DNA from: an archaeon
GTDB taxonomy: Archaea > Iainarchaeota > Iainarchaeia > Iainarchaeales > CSSED10-239
DNA: 32,000 bases
Direction of reading: 5' to 3'
Assembly (NCBI GenBank): GCA_035390665.1
Contig: DAOOUC010000007.1
Span: forward strand, 1 to 32,000
Part shown: positions 8,149-17,540 of the stretch, in pieces
How positions within the stretch are numbered: position 1 is the first letter of the stretch
How the letters are laid out: each line of letters starts with the position of its first letter
The notes under the pieces: generated by a model
What the model was told of the DNA's origin: nothing
The model's input: only the letters and a program-made list of their open reading frames with translations
The model's database searches: none
Position numbers and translations under genes: made by a program

Positions 8149-9308
8149 TTTCTATTTTTTTTAATCAATCTAGAGTATTCTTTTTCCCATTGTTCTATGA
8201 TATTTGGAATATAATGTATCTTTACACTTTCTTTAAGATTTTTCTTAATTTTAGCACATTTTTTCTTATCAGAAAGCATTTTTATAACTGTTTTTGCAAA
8301 TGCCTTGTTGTTATCTGGAGGAACAAGTATTCCTGTCTTATTATTTTTAATAAGATATCCGACACCAGCTGCATTAGACACTACACAGACAACTCCATTT
8401 ATCTGTGCTTCAAGCATTGTTAATCCAAATGTTTCTGTTTTAGAAGTGCTTACAAATAAATCAGCTAATTGATAATATCCATCAGTTAGCAATTTTTTAT
8501 GTTCTATAGGTCCAAGCATTATTATATTTTTTTCTAAATCGTATTGTTTTATTTTAGTTTTTATGATATCTTCTTGTGGCCCACCACCAATCAATAATAA
8601 TTTAACTTTTGGTTTTTCTTTTAATATTAATTTAAAGCAATCAATTAATTGTTCAATATTCTTTTCATATGCAATTCTTCCAACAAATAAAAGAATTTGA
8701 GTTTTCTTATATTTTCGTTTTAGTTTTGAAAGTGCTTTTTTATCTATATCTTGTTTTTCTATTCCGTTTGAGATTACTTTAATTGGGGCTTTACATTTAT
8801 TTTTTATAAGTTCTTGTTTCGCAAAATCCGAAGGGCAAGTTACAAGGTCGCATTTATCATAATAGCTATTTATATATTTCCAAACATGTTTCTTAACAAA
8901 AGGATAGTTTAGATGAACGTGTTTAAGATTTTCAGGATCTCCAATTAATGTATGAAAGGTTCCAACTAAAGGCACCTTAAGAAACTTAGAAATAAATATT
9001 GCTTTGTTTCCTGTTGTCCAAGGAGACATAAAGTGAATTATATCTATTTTTTCTTTCTTTAAAAAATTAAGTGTTCTTATGCTTACTGGGGAAACGACTT
9101 TTATGTCTTCATAGATAAAAGCATTTACTCCCTTTATATAATGCACAGTAATATTTGGATAACTAAATTCTTGTCCTCCTTTAAATTTAGGGGTGACTAT
9201 ATAAACCTGATGTCCTTTATCAGCTAAGCCTTTAGAAAGATTAATAATTGCAGTTAATACTCCATTAATATGTGGAAAAAAAGTTTCTGTAAAAATTGCT
9301 ATTTTCAT
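8145..9308 (-). CDS. GT-B fold glycosyltransferase, family 4 (group 1)
   Basis: The N-terminal part reads FFPHINGV. The C-terminal GT1/GT4 signature is FGLTMLEAQINGVVCVVSNAAGVGYLIKNNKTGILV (E-x7-E region). The gene converges on the HD gene and overlaps it by 4 nt. Confidence 0.85.
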   Translation of the reverse strand: MKIAIFTETFFPHINGVLTAIINLSKGLADKGHQVYIVTPKFKGGQEFSYPNITVHYIKGVNAFIYEDIKVVSPVSIRTLNFLKKEKIDIIHFMSPWTTGNKAIFISKFLKVPLVGTFHTLIGDPENLKHVHLNYPFVKKHVWKYINSYYDKCDLVTCPSDFAKQELIKNKCKAPIKVISNGIEKQDIDKKALSKLKRKYKKTQILLFVGRIAYEKNIEQLIDCFKLILKEKPKVKLLLIGGGPQEDIIKTKIKQYDLEKNIIMLGPIEHKKLLTDGYYQLADLFVSTSKTETFGLTMLEAQINGVVCVVSNAAGVGYLIKNNKTGILVPPDNNKAFAKTVIKMLSDKKKCAKIKKNLKESVKIHYIPNIIEQWEKEYSRLIKKNRN

Positions 9309-9372
9309 ATTATTAATTAATATTCCAAATTAATTATAAATCTTTTCAGTTTCTTAAACATTTATTAATTAA

Positions 9373-9960
9373 TTGTTTTTAATATTATATGTGTTTAAAC
9401 AAAAAAAAATATTAAAGAAAGAAGTATTGATTGCATGGATTGCAATTGTTATAATCTTATTTATTATATATCTTTTTGCACCAAATTTATTAAATTTAGA
9501 ATTTTTGAATAGTTTTGTTAAAGAAAATAAATTACTAGTTGTTTTTCTATTCATTTCTATAATTACACTTATTAGTTTAACTTTAATCCCATCCACTCCT
9601 TTTGTTCTTTCTGGGTTATTATTGTTTTCTCCTCTTGAAACTTTTATTTATAGTATTATAATCATTATATTATATTCAACAATAACTTATTATTTTGCAA
9701 GATATTTAGGACTTGATAGATATTTTGAAAAGAAATATCCAGAAAGCATTAAAAAGATAAGAAAGGCATTAAAAGGAAAAGAATGGTTTATAATAATTGG
9801 TTGGGGTTTTATTCCAATCTTTCCAACAGATCTTGTAATATACATGTGTAGTTCTTTAAAAATACCATTTAGAAAATGCTTAATAGGGGTATTAATAGGA
9901 GAAGGCACATTAAATGCACTATACATCTTTTCTGTAGGCTTAGTATTTTTGTTAATTTAA
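9373..9960 (+). CDS. TVP38/TMEM64 (DedA-related, SNARE-associated/VTT domain) membrane protein
   Basis: This is a polytopic 195-aa protein. The LIPSTPFVLSGLLLF and ARYLG motifs are typical of the TVP38 family. The start (TTG in the track) is uncertain. Confidence 0.65.
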   Translation: MFLILYVFKQKKILKKEVLIAWIAIVIILFIIYLFAPNLLNLEFLNSFVKENKLLVVFLFISIITLISLTLIPSTPFVLSGLLLFSPLETFIYSIIIIILYSTITYYFARYLGLDRYFEKKYPESIKKIRKALKGKEWFIIIGWGFIPIFPTDLVIYMCSSLKIPFRKCLIGVLIGEGTLNALYIFSVGLVFLLI

Positions 9961-9972
9961 AAATTAGAAATC

Positions 9973-10044
9973 AGCTCCTAGGGGGATTTGAACCCTCGAC
10001 CTCCGGTTTACAAGACCAGCGCTCTACCACTGAGCTATAGAAGC
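9973..10044 (-). tRNA. tRNA-Thr (anticodon UGU)
   Basis: The reverse complement GCTTCTATAGCTCAGTGGTAGAGCGCTGGTCTTGTAAACCGGAGGTCGAGGGTTCAAATCCCCCTAGGAGCT folds as a 72-nt cloverleaf. The anticodon loop is CTTGTAA, the discriminator is U, and no CCA is encoded. The T stem has one A50-C64 mismatch. Confidence 0.82.
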
Positions 10045-10115
10045 TTTATATTTTTTAAAAAGATAATATCTAGGTCTATATAATATTTTATTAAAGAAAT
10101 ATTTATAAATGGATT

Positions 10116-11333
10116 TTATTGCTGTCTTAAAGCATCTACGATATTAAGTTTTGCTGCTGATCTAGCAGGGAAAAATCCAGAGATTAATCCAACAGTTAAT
10201 GCTAATAAGAATGTAGCTATAATAATTTGAGGAGTTATTGTTATTGTAAGCATTGTAAAGTTATGTGCGTGTGCATAAAGAACAACCAGTTTGGCAATCC
10301 CAACTCCAGCCCAAAATCCAATAAATCCTCCAACAAGTGTAAGAACAACAGACTCAAATACAAAAATAAAAGTAATGTCTGAAATTTTAGCACCAATAGA
10401 CTTTAAGACGCCTATTTCTCTTGTTCTTTCAAGAACAGAGGTGTAAACTGAATTGATTATTCCAAGGGAAGCAACAATTAATGAAATTCCTGCAATTGAT
10501 ATTAATATTGATCTTAAAATATTCATAACTCTTTTTATTAATACTAGAAAGGATTCCGCAGTAATAACTAAAAAAGTATCTTCTTCTCTGTTTCTTCCAA
10601 GAACTTTTTCAACTTTTTTTGCAACAAGGTCTCCATCAGCATCTTTCTTTGATTTAAGTATCATATAATTTACATTATCTCCATAACTATCAATTGCTTG
10701 TCCTGCTTTTCTACTAATGTAAACGGAACTATCGTCTTGTTGATTACCAACTGGTTCTAAAATTCCTATAACTTTAAAATCAATATCATTAAGTTTAAGA
10801 GAATCGCCAATCTTTATTTCTCTTTTAAATATTTCTTTTGCAGCATATGGCCCAATAACCGCAAAGTTTCCTTCTTTTTTATTAAATGTTTTTCCACTAT
10901 CTAATTTTACACTCATAAATTCAAGCATAGAGTCAAAATTTTTAGATGGAGATGTAACTACATAAAGGAATTGCTCTTCTCCTTTGTATTCTGCTCTAAC
11001 AGTGAAAAAATTCATTGGATATACTTCATCGACTTCTCCAATCTTTTCAAGATTCTCGGCATCTTGTATCTTTAACATTGTTTCTTCTGAGACTCTCCCA
11101 GCAGTATTAGGATCTCCTTGAAAATTAGCAGACATTATAAAAATAGAATTAGCGCCCATTTTGTTAAATTGATCACTAACAGCATTAAGCATTCCTTCAC
11201 TTAATACAATCAGTGCAACAACAGAAGCTATGCCTATGATTACAGAAAGAATAGTTAAGGTTGATCTTAACTTCTTTCTAAATATATTTTTTATAGTGAG
11301 ATTAATTAATTTCTTGTATTTTTCTGTATTCAT
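10116..11333 (-). CDS. ABC transporter permease, MacB/FtsX type
   Basis: An N-terminal TM helix is followed by a large extracytoplasmic domain (MacB_PCD-like). The C-terminal FtsX module has 3 TM helices (ERTREIGVLKSIGAKISDI..). Confidence 0.85.
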   Translation of the reverse strand: MNTEKYKKLINLTIKNIFRKKLRSTLTILSVIIGIASVVALIVLSEGMLNAVSDQFNKMGANSIFIMSANFQGDPNTAGRVSEETMLKIQDAENLEKIGEVDEVYPMNFFTVRAEYKGEEQFLYVVTSPSKNFDSMLEFMSVKLDSGKTFNKKEGNFAVIGPYAAKEIFKREIKIGDSLKLNDIDFKVIGILEPVGNQQDDSSVYISRKAGQAIDSYGDNVNYMILKSKKDADGDLVAKKVEKVLGRNREEDTFLVITAESFLVLIKRVMNILRSILISIAGISLIVASLGIINSVYTSVLERTREIGVLKSIGAKISDITFIFVFESVVLTLVGGFIGFWAGVGIAKLVVLYAHAHNFTMLTITITPQIIIATFLLALTVGLISGFFPARSAAKLNIVDALRQQ

Positions 11334-11336
11334 GTG

Positions 11337-12596
11337 TTATTTTCTTTTTTTCTTAAATCTTTCTAAAAATCCACCAAATGCTGGAATTAATATCTTGTTG
11401 TATGCCCATTTAAATACTAAGATAAACAAAGCAAGAACTATAATTCCAATAACAATTCCAACAATTGCATTTATTATAATTGAAATTGCAGATTTTTGTG
11501 TTGGATTTTTTACAATTTCTACATTTATTCCTTTTTTTATTTCTTGTTCTTTAAGACTAGAATCTTTGTATTTTATTGTAAATTCAATAGGGTATGTTCC
11601 AGGTTTTATATCATTTGTTGTAAACTCTAAACTTACACTATCGTAATTGTCTTTTTCAATTGAGCCAATAAAGTATTTAGGAGAGTTATCTGTTATTGAA
11701 CTAGCCATCTCTACATAAATTCCTTCTGCATCAATATTACCAACATTATATATTTCAAAATCTATTTTTTCTTTATTATTTGAATATAATTTGTTGTTTT
11801 TGTTTTCACCAATTGAAACAAGATTAAAAATAATTTTTGGATCATCATTAATCTTAACTCCAAGGTTTCTAGTTAATGTGTGTTCTCCAGTAGAATCAGT
11901 ATATTTAATAGTAATAGGCAAAGTATAACTGTTCTGGGTAACTTCTTTAGAAACATTAATTCTATAGTTTGCTTTTATTTTTTCTTCTGTTATGACTTTA
12001 TCAAAATATTTGGTTTTAAGATCAAGTACTGTTATATAATCCCCTAAAGAATTATCAACAGTTACAAAAACATCTTTTATGTTTTGAGAACTCAAGTTTT
12101 TTAATGTTAATTCAACACTACCTTCTGAACCAATTGAAACATTTGAAATTTTTGCTTCAATTAAATCAAGAACAGAAGTGTCTGTGCTTACATCAATTGT
12201 GTATTTTTTAACATTATAGATTGTACTACTACCGTGTTTAAATTTAAACTCTAATTCATAACTGTCTGTTACTGCTCTAATATCTGTTGTTAACTTGTAT
12301 TTAATTATTGTTGTTTGATATGGAGCAAGTTTAATTGTATATTCTTTATTATCAAATTCAGAAATCTGAAATGGATATTTTGCTTCTAAGATATAGGTTA
12401 CATTTTCAGCAGTAACGTTGCTGTTATTTGTTAATTGAATCCATAATTCAAACTCATCTCCTGGGTTAACTGGAACTGGACTATAATTGTAAGTGTTTGC
12501 GGTTAAATTAACACTATCAAAGTTTGTTGTTGCTGCAAATATTCCATTTAACAATAGAATACTAAACAGCAAAGTTATCATATTTTTTGTATTCAT
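11337..12596 (-). CDS. Secreted, C-terminally membrane-anchored protein with about 4 CARDB/COG1361-like beta-sandwich repeats (ABC-transporter associated)
   Basis: It has an N-terminal signal peptide. Repeated PGDEFELWIQLTNNSNVTAENV, GSVELTLKNLSSQNIKDVFV and IDFEIYNVGNIDAEGIYV patterns are typical of CARDB-like repeats. A C-terminal TM helix and basic tail follow. The gene sits between the two permease genes. Confidence 0.6.
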   Translation of the reverse strand: MNTKNMITLLFSILLLNGIFAATTNFDSVNLTANTYNYSPVPVNPGDEFELWIQLTNNSNVTAENVTYILEAKYPFQISEFDNKEYTIKLAPYQTTIIKYKLTTDIRAVTDSYELEFKFKHGSSTIYNVKKYTIDVSTDTSVLDLIEAKISNVSIGSEGSVELTLKNLSSQNIKDVFVTVDNSLGDYITVLDLKTKYFDKVITEEKIKANYRINVSKEVTQNSYTLPITIKYTDSTGEHTLTRNLGVKINDDPKIIFNLVSIGENKNNKLYSNNKEKIDFEIYNVGNIDAEGIYVEMASSITDNSPKYFIGSIEKDNYDSVSLEFTTNDIKPGTYPIEFTIKYKDSSLKEQEIKKGINVEIVKNPTQKSAISIIINAIVGIVIGIIVLALFILVFKWAYNKILIPAFGGFLERFKKKRK

Positions 12597-12628
12597 TTTA
12601 ATCTCACCATTTTTTTATTTTTTAAATT

Positions 12629-13825
12629 TTACTCTTCGCGAAGTGCTTCAACAGGTTCCTGACTTGAAGCAATATAAGCTGGAATCATTCCTGATATTAT
12701 TCCAATCAAAAAAGAAAACCCAAGTGCTAATATAACAATATTAAAACTAATTAATATGTTTATTGTTATTCCAACTTGAGCGGCCACTAATTTAACAAGA
12801 CTTGCTAAACCAAATCCAAGTAATACCCCTATTGTTCCTCCAATTAAACCAATAATTCCAGATTCTAATAAGAATATTAAAAGAATGTCTCTTTTCTTAG
12901 CACCAACTGCTTTTAATATTCCAATTTCTTTCTTTCTTTCAAATACAGAAGTGTACATGGAGTTTAATATTCCAATTCCTCCAACTAGAAGAGAAATACA
13001 AGCAATTCCAATAATAACAATACTAACCATTCCAAGAGTTTCTTCTCTGTTTTTTGCTTCTTGAATTGGGCTTGTTACAAATACATCTTCTGAACCTCTT
13101 TTTCTTTCAAGTCTATCTTTTATTTTTTCGGAAGTAACTTCTACATCTTTTCCTTCTTTGGTAATTGCATAAATTGCATCAAAGGTATCGTTCTGTGTAA
13201 TTTCTTTAAGATTATCATTAGAGATATAAATTGCACTATCTTTTCTTCCGTCTCCTGTTTTTTTAAGAACTCCTACAATTGTATATTCTGTGTCTGCAAT
13301 TTTAATTTTCTTTCCAAGATCTAGAATTTTTCCAAAAAGATCATCTTCTTTTTCTATATCATAAAAACTATAACCAACAACAATTTCTTTTGCTTTATCT
13401 GAAGATATATAACTTCCAGTTAATATTTCTTTATTTTCTTGTAGTAACATTTTTTCAAAATATTTTGGTTCATAAGAAGTATAAGAAAGCATTTGTGTTT
13501 TTTGATTATATTTAGTTTCAAGATATCCATTTAATGATCCAGTCGCATAATCAACATCTGTAATTTTTTCTATAGTTTTAATATCTTCATCTGTTAATCC
13601 AAGTAAACTTCGGCCACCACCAAAACTTTGGTATTTGGAAGTAATTGTTATCTTTTGAGAACCTAAATTATTAAATTCACTGGTTATTGCAGATTTAAGT
13701 CCTTCTGAAAGAGAAATCAAAGAAACAATTGCAACAACTCCAACAATAATTCCAGCTATAGTTAACCAATTTCTTAATTTTCTTCTTCTTAGGTTTCTTA
13801 GAACAAAACTTAGTATTCCAATCAT
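12629..13825 (-). CDS. ABC transporter permease, MacB/FtsX type (second paralogue)
   Basis: The architecture matches 10116-11333, and the FtsX module reads ERKKEIGILKAVGAKKRDI. Confidence 0.85.
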   Translation of the reverse strand: MIGILSFVLRNLRRRKLRNWLTIAGIIVGVVAIVSLISLSEGLKSAITSEFNNLGSQKITITSKYQSFGGGRSLLGLTDEDIKTIEKITDVDYATGSLNGYLETKYNQKTQMLSYTSYEPKYFEKMLLQENKEILTGSYISSDKAKEIVVGYSFYDIEKEDDLFGKILDLGKKIKIADTEYTIVGVLKKTGDGRKDSAIYISNDNLKEITQNDTFDAIYAITKEGKDVEVTSEKIKDRLERKRGSEDVFVTSPIQEAKNREETLGMVSIVIIGIACISLLVGGIGILNSMYTSVFERKKEIGILKAVGAKKRDILLIFLLESGIIGLIGGTIGVLLGFGLASLVKLVAAQVGITINILISFNIVILALGFSFLIGIISGMIPAYIASSQEPVEALREE

Positions 13826-13831
13826 TAATTA

Positions 13832-14536
13832 TCAATGGTTTAGTTTATCTTCAATTATTTTTCCATCTTTTAGATTTATGTTTCTTTTTGCAGCTTTTGC
13901 AACAGTCTTATCGTGTGTAATAATTATAACTGTTTTTCCTTTCTTGTTTAAATCTTTTAAAAGATCCATTATTTCTTCACTTGATTTGGAATCAAGAGCA
14001 CCGGTTGGTTCATCAGCGAGTATAATTTCGGGGTCATTAACTAAAGAACGTGCAATTGCTACTCTTTGTTGTTGTCCACCGGAAAGTTCAGTTGGTTTAT
14101 GATGTACTCTTTCTCCAAGACCAACTAGAGTTAATAATGCTTTACAATGTTTTTCTTGAAGTTCTATTGATTTATCTGTGTCTTGAAAAAGCATTGGAAG
14201 CATAACATTTTCTAGAGCAGTTAAAGTTGGTATAAGATTAAAATCTTGAAAAACAAAACCAATTTTTTGTCCTCTAATCTTTGCTAAATCGTCTTCTTCT
14301 AAATTAGAAACATCTGTTCCACCTAAAAGTACTTTTCCTTTACTTGGAAGATCTAAGGCTCCAATAATGTGCATCATTGTGGATTTTCCAGAACCGCTTG
14401 GGCCCATAATTGCAACGAATTCTCCAGTATTAATTCTTAAATCTACTCCATTTAAGGCATTAACACAAACAGAACCCATACAATAGATTTTGTAGATATC
14501 TTTAAGTTCCACAACAGCTTTATCTTTTATAGTCAT
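13832..14536 (-). CDS. ABC transporter ATP-binding protein (MacB/LolD family)
   Basis: It has Walker A GPSGSGKST, the signature LSGGQQQRVAIARSL and Walker B ILADEPTGALD. I start it at the internal Met (MTIKDKAVVELKDIYK, ATG at 14536). The 33-codon upstream extension in the ORF track is Phe/Cys-rich AT-driven junk. Confidence 0.9.
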   Translation of the reverse strand: MTIKDKAVVELKDIYKIYCMGSVCVNALNGVDLRINTGEFVAIMGPSGSGKSTMMHIIGALDLPSKGKVLLGGTDVSNLEEDDLAKIRGQKIGFVFQDFNLIPTLTALENVMLPMLFQDTDKSIELQEKHCKALLTLVGLGERVHHKPTELSGGQQQRVAIARSLVNDPEIILADEPTGALDSKSSEEIMDLLKDLNKKGKTVIIITHDKTVAKAAKRNINLKDGKIIEDKLNH

Positions 14537-14840
14537 GTTTAACTCACACAAATAGTTAGTAAATTTACTATATATTACATATATAGAAATATATTTAAAT
14601 AGAAAAAAACAGAAAAAACAAGTAAAAAACACCATTTCTTGGACAACTCGTCAACAAACACATTTATATATATTTTTAATCTAAAATATATTATATCTAT
14701 TTGAGACAATTATGTTTACCTAAGTTCTTAAATTTTGTTCTTTTGGGTATGCACAACAAAAGTTATTTTTTGTTGGCACAGAGAAATCACAAAGTGATTT
14801 GTCTTGTGAAGGAACTTTTCTTTCAAGAAAAGGGTCTCGT

Positions 14841-14923
14841 GCAGAGGTGGCGGAGTGGCCAAACGCGCTAGCCTGCTAAGCTAGAGTCGAAAGACTACAC
14901 GGGTTCGAATCCCGTCCTCTGCG
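14841..14923 (+). tRNA. tRNA-Ser (anticodon GCU), class II with long variable arm
   Basis: GCAGAGGTGGCGGAGTGGCCAAACGCGCTAGCCTGCTAAGCTAGAGTCGAAAGACTACACGGGTTCGAATCCCGTCCTCTGCG folds as an 83-nt cloverleaf. The anticodon loop is CTGCTAA, the variable arm is GTC-GAAA-GAC and the discriminator is G. No CCA is encoded. Confidence 0.92.
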
Positions 14924-14935
14924 TTTTTCTTTTTC
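14924..14935 (+). terminator. Oligo-T tract directly after tRNA-Ser (archaeal-style terminator candidate)
   Basis: TTTTTCTTTTTC immediately follows the discriminator base. Confidence 0.35.
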
Positions 14936-14995
14936 TAAGAATATCTTTAAATATATTATGTATTACTATATTGATACACTAAAATGTGATATATT

Positions 14996-15256
14996 ATGTT
15001 TAAAAAAAAAGTTGATTCAGATAGATTACTGCAAGAAACCATTTATGGAACAGGCGGAATACCTAAACCAGAGGTTGGTGCAGTTTCAGTCGGTGCAAGT
15101 AAGAGAAGAAGAAATGAGCAAAATTTCTTACAGAGATTATTTAGCCCAAGAAAAGTTGTAAGGCCTGCACCAGGAAAGCCAAAAAAACCAGGATTTTTTG
15201 AAAATCTTTTTTCAGGCAATGGTTTTAAAAGAAGAAAAGGTATTGATGGTTTTTAA
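14996..15256 (+). CDS. Hypothetical small, highly basic protein (86 aa)
   Basis: The ORF has a Lys/Arg/Pro/Gly-rich composition (KRRRNEQ, GKPKKPGFF). Its stop overlaps the next gene's ATG (TAATG at 15254-15258), which suggests translational coupling. I prefer it to the overlapping 14958-15161 ORF. Confidence 0.4.
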   Translation: MFKKKVDSDRLLQETIYGTGGIPKPEVGAVSVGASKRRRNEQNFLQRLFSPRKVVRPAPGKPKKPGFFENLFSGNGFKRRKGIDGF

Positions 15257-15630
15257 TGTTAAAAAATAAATTTATTTATTGGATACCAAGAATTTTATCA
15301 ATATTATTTATTCTCTTTTTAGCAATGTTTTCTTTAGATGTTATTACTCCAGAGGCAAGTTTTTTGGAGATTGTGGGCGGATTACTAATTCATAATATCC
15401 CTGTTTTTATTTTAACTGCAATTTTAATAATTTCTTGGAAATATGAAATTGTAGGTGCTATTGCTTTTATTTTGGGAGGATTATTATATCTTCTAAATGT
15501 TTTGATTACTATAATTAGGACACCACCATTTGAATGGTTTTATTTATCTTGGATTTTATTTATTTCAGGACCAGCATTCTTGATAGGAATATTATTTTTA
15601 ATTGGCTGGTTAAAAAAAAAGTCTAAGTAA
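15256..15630 (+). CDS. Hypothetical 4-TM membrane protein (124 aa)
   Basis: It has four clear hydrophobic helices and its start is coupled to the upstream ORF. No motif was recognised. Confidence 0.55.
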   Translation: MLKNKFIYWIPRILSILFILFLAMFSLDVITPEASFLEIVGGLLIHNIPVFILTAILIISWKYEIVGAIAFILGGLLYLLNVLITIIRTPPFEWFYLSWILFISGPAFLIGILFLIGWLKKKSK

Positions 15631-17320
15631 ATTCATTTTCTGAAGTATTATTCCCGTAAAAGCTATTAAGTTTATTACTCATACAACTCATAATTGTTAA
15701 GCAATCTGTATCTGAAATATATTTTGTGTCTTGATAATTAATGTTGATAATATTATATTCATTTAATGGATCAATATCGTTTGGATAATCAGGAACAGGA
15801 GTAATTGGTTGTGGCATATTTTCAATTCTTCGTTGTAAATTTTCTTGTCTAATTCTTTCATTTTCTTGTCTTTGTATTTCAGCTTGATTTTGTCTTTCTA
15901 ATTCTTGTTTAGCAATAGGAAGTAAATCGTTTATTTCTTTACCTGATTTAGAAATTAATTCTCCAGAATATCCATAAATTATTGAACATTCTAATTTAGC
16001 ATCTTCATCTTTTATCCATATTCTAAAATATCCATTATTCCCCCAGTGTTCTCCCCAATTATTTTTTAATATCCAGTATTCTTTATTTCTAATCTTATCT
16101 GTGCCCCATCCAACAATAGTAACACCGTGAGCAAGGGTTGGAGGGTCTTCGTCTGATATTTTAGACCAAATTCCAGATTCAAAATTATAAAGAGACGGAT
16201 AAAAATAAATAGATGTTGCTAGAGGAGATAATTTAAGTGCTTCTTTAATATTATTGATTGTTTGAGTTTTATTTATAGTTCTACAATCAGAATTATCAAT
16301 TCTAAAATGAGATTCTATAAAATACTTGGTATAGTTGTCATTTTTTCTAGGCAAATAAATTGAATTTTCAGTATCTGAATCAGAAGTATCTGGACAAAAA
16401 TTAGAGTTTATATTATTAATATTTAATCGGCCTTGACCAGTAATTAAAAGAGGGGTAATATTCATATTTGTTGTAGTTTTCTTAGTAGTTCTATTTAAAT
16501 TAACAATTTCACAAGAATCATATGCCAAATAATTTAGTTGATTTTCTAAAGGAACACCAAAAGGAACTTCTCCAGCAGCTAAACTTAATTGGGTTCTTGT
16601 TTGTAAATGTTCTGTGCCTGCAATTAATTTATTTTCTAAACCTAATTCTCCTTTTATTTTATTTTTTAAATAATTATTAAAATCACTATTTTGATTATAA
16701 GAGGCTAAAGATAAGAATTTAATGTAATAATCTAATCCAGCACCACGACAGCCAATGAAATTAGAATAGGATATAAGATATTGTTCAGATAAGTTTAATT
16801 TATTATTTTCTGAAAGATTATCTTTTCTATTTATGTATCCTTCTAAAGCTCCAAGAATTGCAAAAGTGTTACAAGAACCACAAGTTGTTTGATTTTTACC
16901 TAGCGTCATATATGTTGCCCAATTTATTTGGTCTTCAAATTCATAAATTGGAGCAGAAATGGTGGCATCGGTTAATAAGAATAATCCAGTATTCCTATTT
17001 TTTTCTTTTTTCATAGAATTTAAGTCATCATATTTGTAGTTTTCTGGAAAGAAATTATTTTTATTTTCGGTATTAAAAATAGGCGATGGATCAGGATTTG
17101 CATTTGAATAAGAATCAATTTCATCAATTCTTTGAGTGATTGGAATTTTCATAATTTCTTTAGAGTAATTTGTAGCAACCCAAGATGCATTTTGTTTTCT
17201 TAATTGTTCATTAATAATATCTGCTTGTGTTTTTTCTTTAGATATTGATAAAAATAACATTATAGAGATAATTATTATAGAAATAATAATTGCAATTATG
17301 GAGTTTAATTTTTTATTCAT
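15623..17320 (-). CDS. Membrane-anchored papain-like cysteine protease (peptidase family C1A-like) with a large insertion and a coiled-coil C-terminal extension
   Basis: An N-terminal TM anchor is present ([19 protein letters not shown]). The catalytic motifs are [21 protein letters not shown] (Gln144..Cys150, same spacing as papain Q19/C25), [11 protein letters not shown] (His) and [21 protein letters not shown] (Asn-Trp). The C-terminal region is Q/E/R-rich ([30 protein letters not shown]). A GGGGA Shine-Dalgarno-like element precedes the ATG. Confidence 0.8.
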   Translation of the reverse strand: MNKKLNSIIAIIISIIIISIMLFLSISKEKTQADIINEQLRKQNASWVATNYSKEIMKIPITQRIDEIDSYSNANPDPSPIFNTENKNNFFPENYKYDDLNSMKKEKNRNTGLFLLTDATISAPIYEFEDQINWATYMTLGKNQTTCGSCNTFAILGALEGYINRKDNLSENNKLNLSEQYLISYSNFIGCRGAGLDYYIKFLSLASYNQNSDFNNYLKNKIKGELGLENKLIAGTEHLQTRTQLSLAAGEVPFGVPLENQLNYLAYDSCEIVNLNRTTKKTTTNMNITPLLITGQGRLNINNINSNFCPDTSDSDTENSIYLPRKNDNYTKYFIESHFRIDNSDCRTINKTQTINNIKEALKLSPLATSIYFYPSLYNFESGIWSKISDEDPPTLAHGVTIVGWGTDKIRNKEYWILKNNWGEHWGNNGYFRIWIKDEDAKLECSIIYGYSGELISKSGKEINDLLPIAKQELERQNQAEIQRQENERIRQENLQRRIENMPQPITPVPDYPNDIDPLNEYNIININYQDTKYISDTDCLTIMSCMSNKLNSFYGNNTSENEFT

Positions 17321-17436
17321 TTATTGTCCCCATATAATATAATAATATGAATGTTTATAAAATGTTTATCTCAAGAATATATTAGATGAAAACAGTATAA
17401 ATTGATTGTGTATCAAGCTTGAACGTAATAGGTCAG

Positions 17437-17518
17437 GCTAGGGTTTCCGAGCGGTCAAAGGAGCCAGACTCAAGATCTGGTGCTTAGTGCTTCGCAGGTT
17501 CGAATCCTGCCCTTAGCA
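17437..17518 (+). tRNA. tRNA-Leu (anticodon CAA), class II
   Basis: GCTAGGGTTTCCGAGCGGTCAAAGGAGCCAGACTCAAGATCTGGTGCTTAGTGCTTCGCAGGTTCGAATCCTGCCCTTAGCA is 82 nt. The anticodon loop is CTCAAGA and the discriminator is A. The layout matches archaeal tRNA-Leu (GCC-GAGCCTGGTCAAA-GGC type D-arm). No CCA is encoded. Confidence 0.9.
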
Positions 17519-17540
17519 GATTATAATCTATTTGAATATT

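Noticed and set aside
14537-14635. A 33-codon N-terminal extension of the ABC ATPase (MVFFTCFFCFFLFKYISIYVIY..).
   Set aside because: The extension is AT-driven hydrophobic junk that overlaps the promoter-like region. The canonical ABC N-terminus begins at the internal Met (ATG at 14536).
14958-15161. A 67-aa ORF overlapping the 86-aa ORF 14996-15256.
   Set aside because: The two are mutually exclusive. The 14996 frame is longer and is stop-start coupled (TAATG) to the downstream membrane protein, so I kept that one, and even that only at low confidence.
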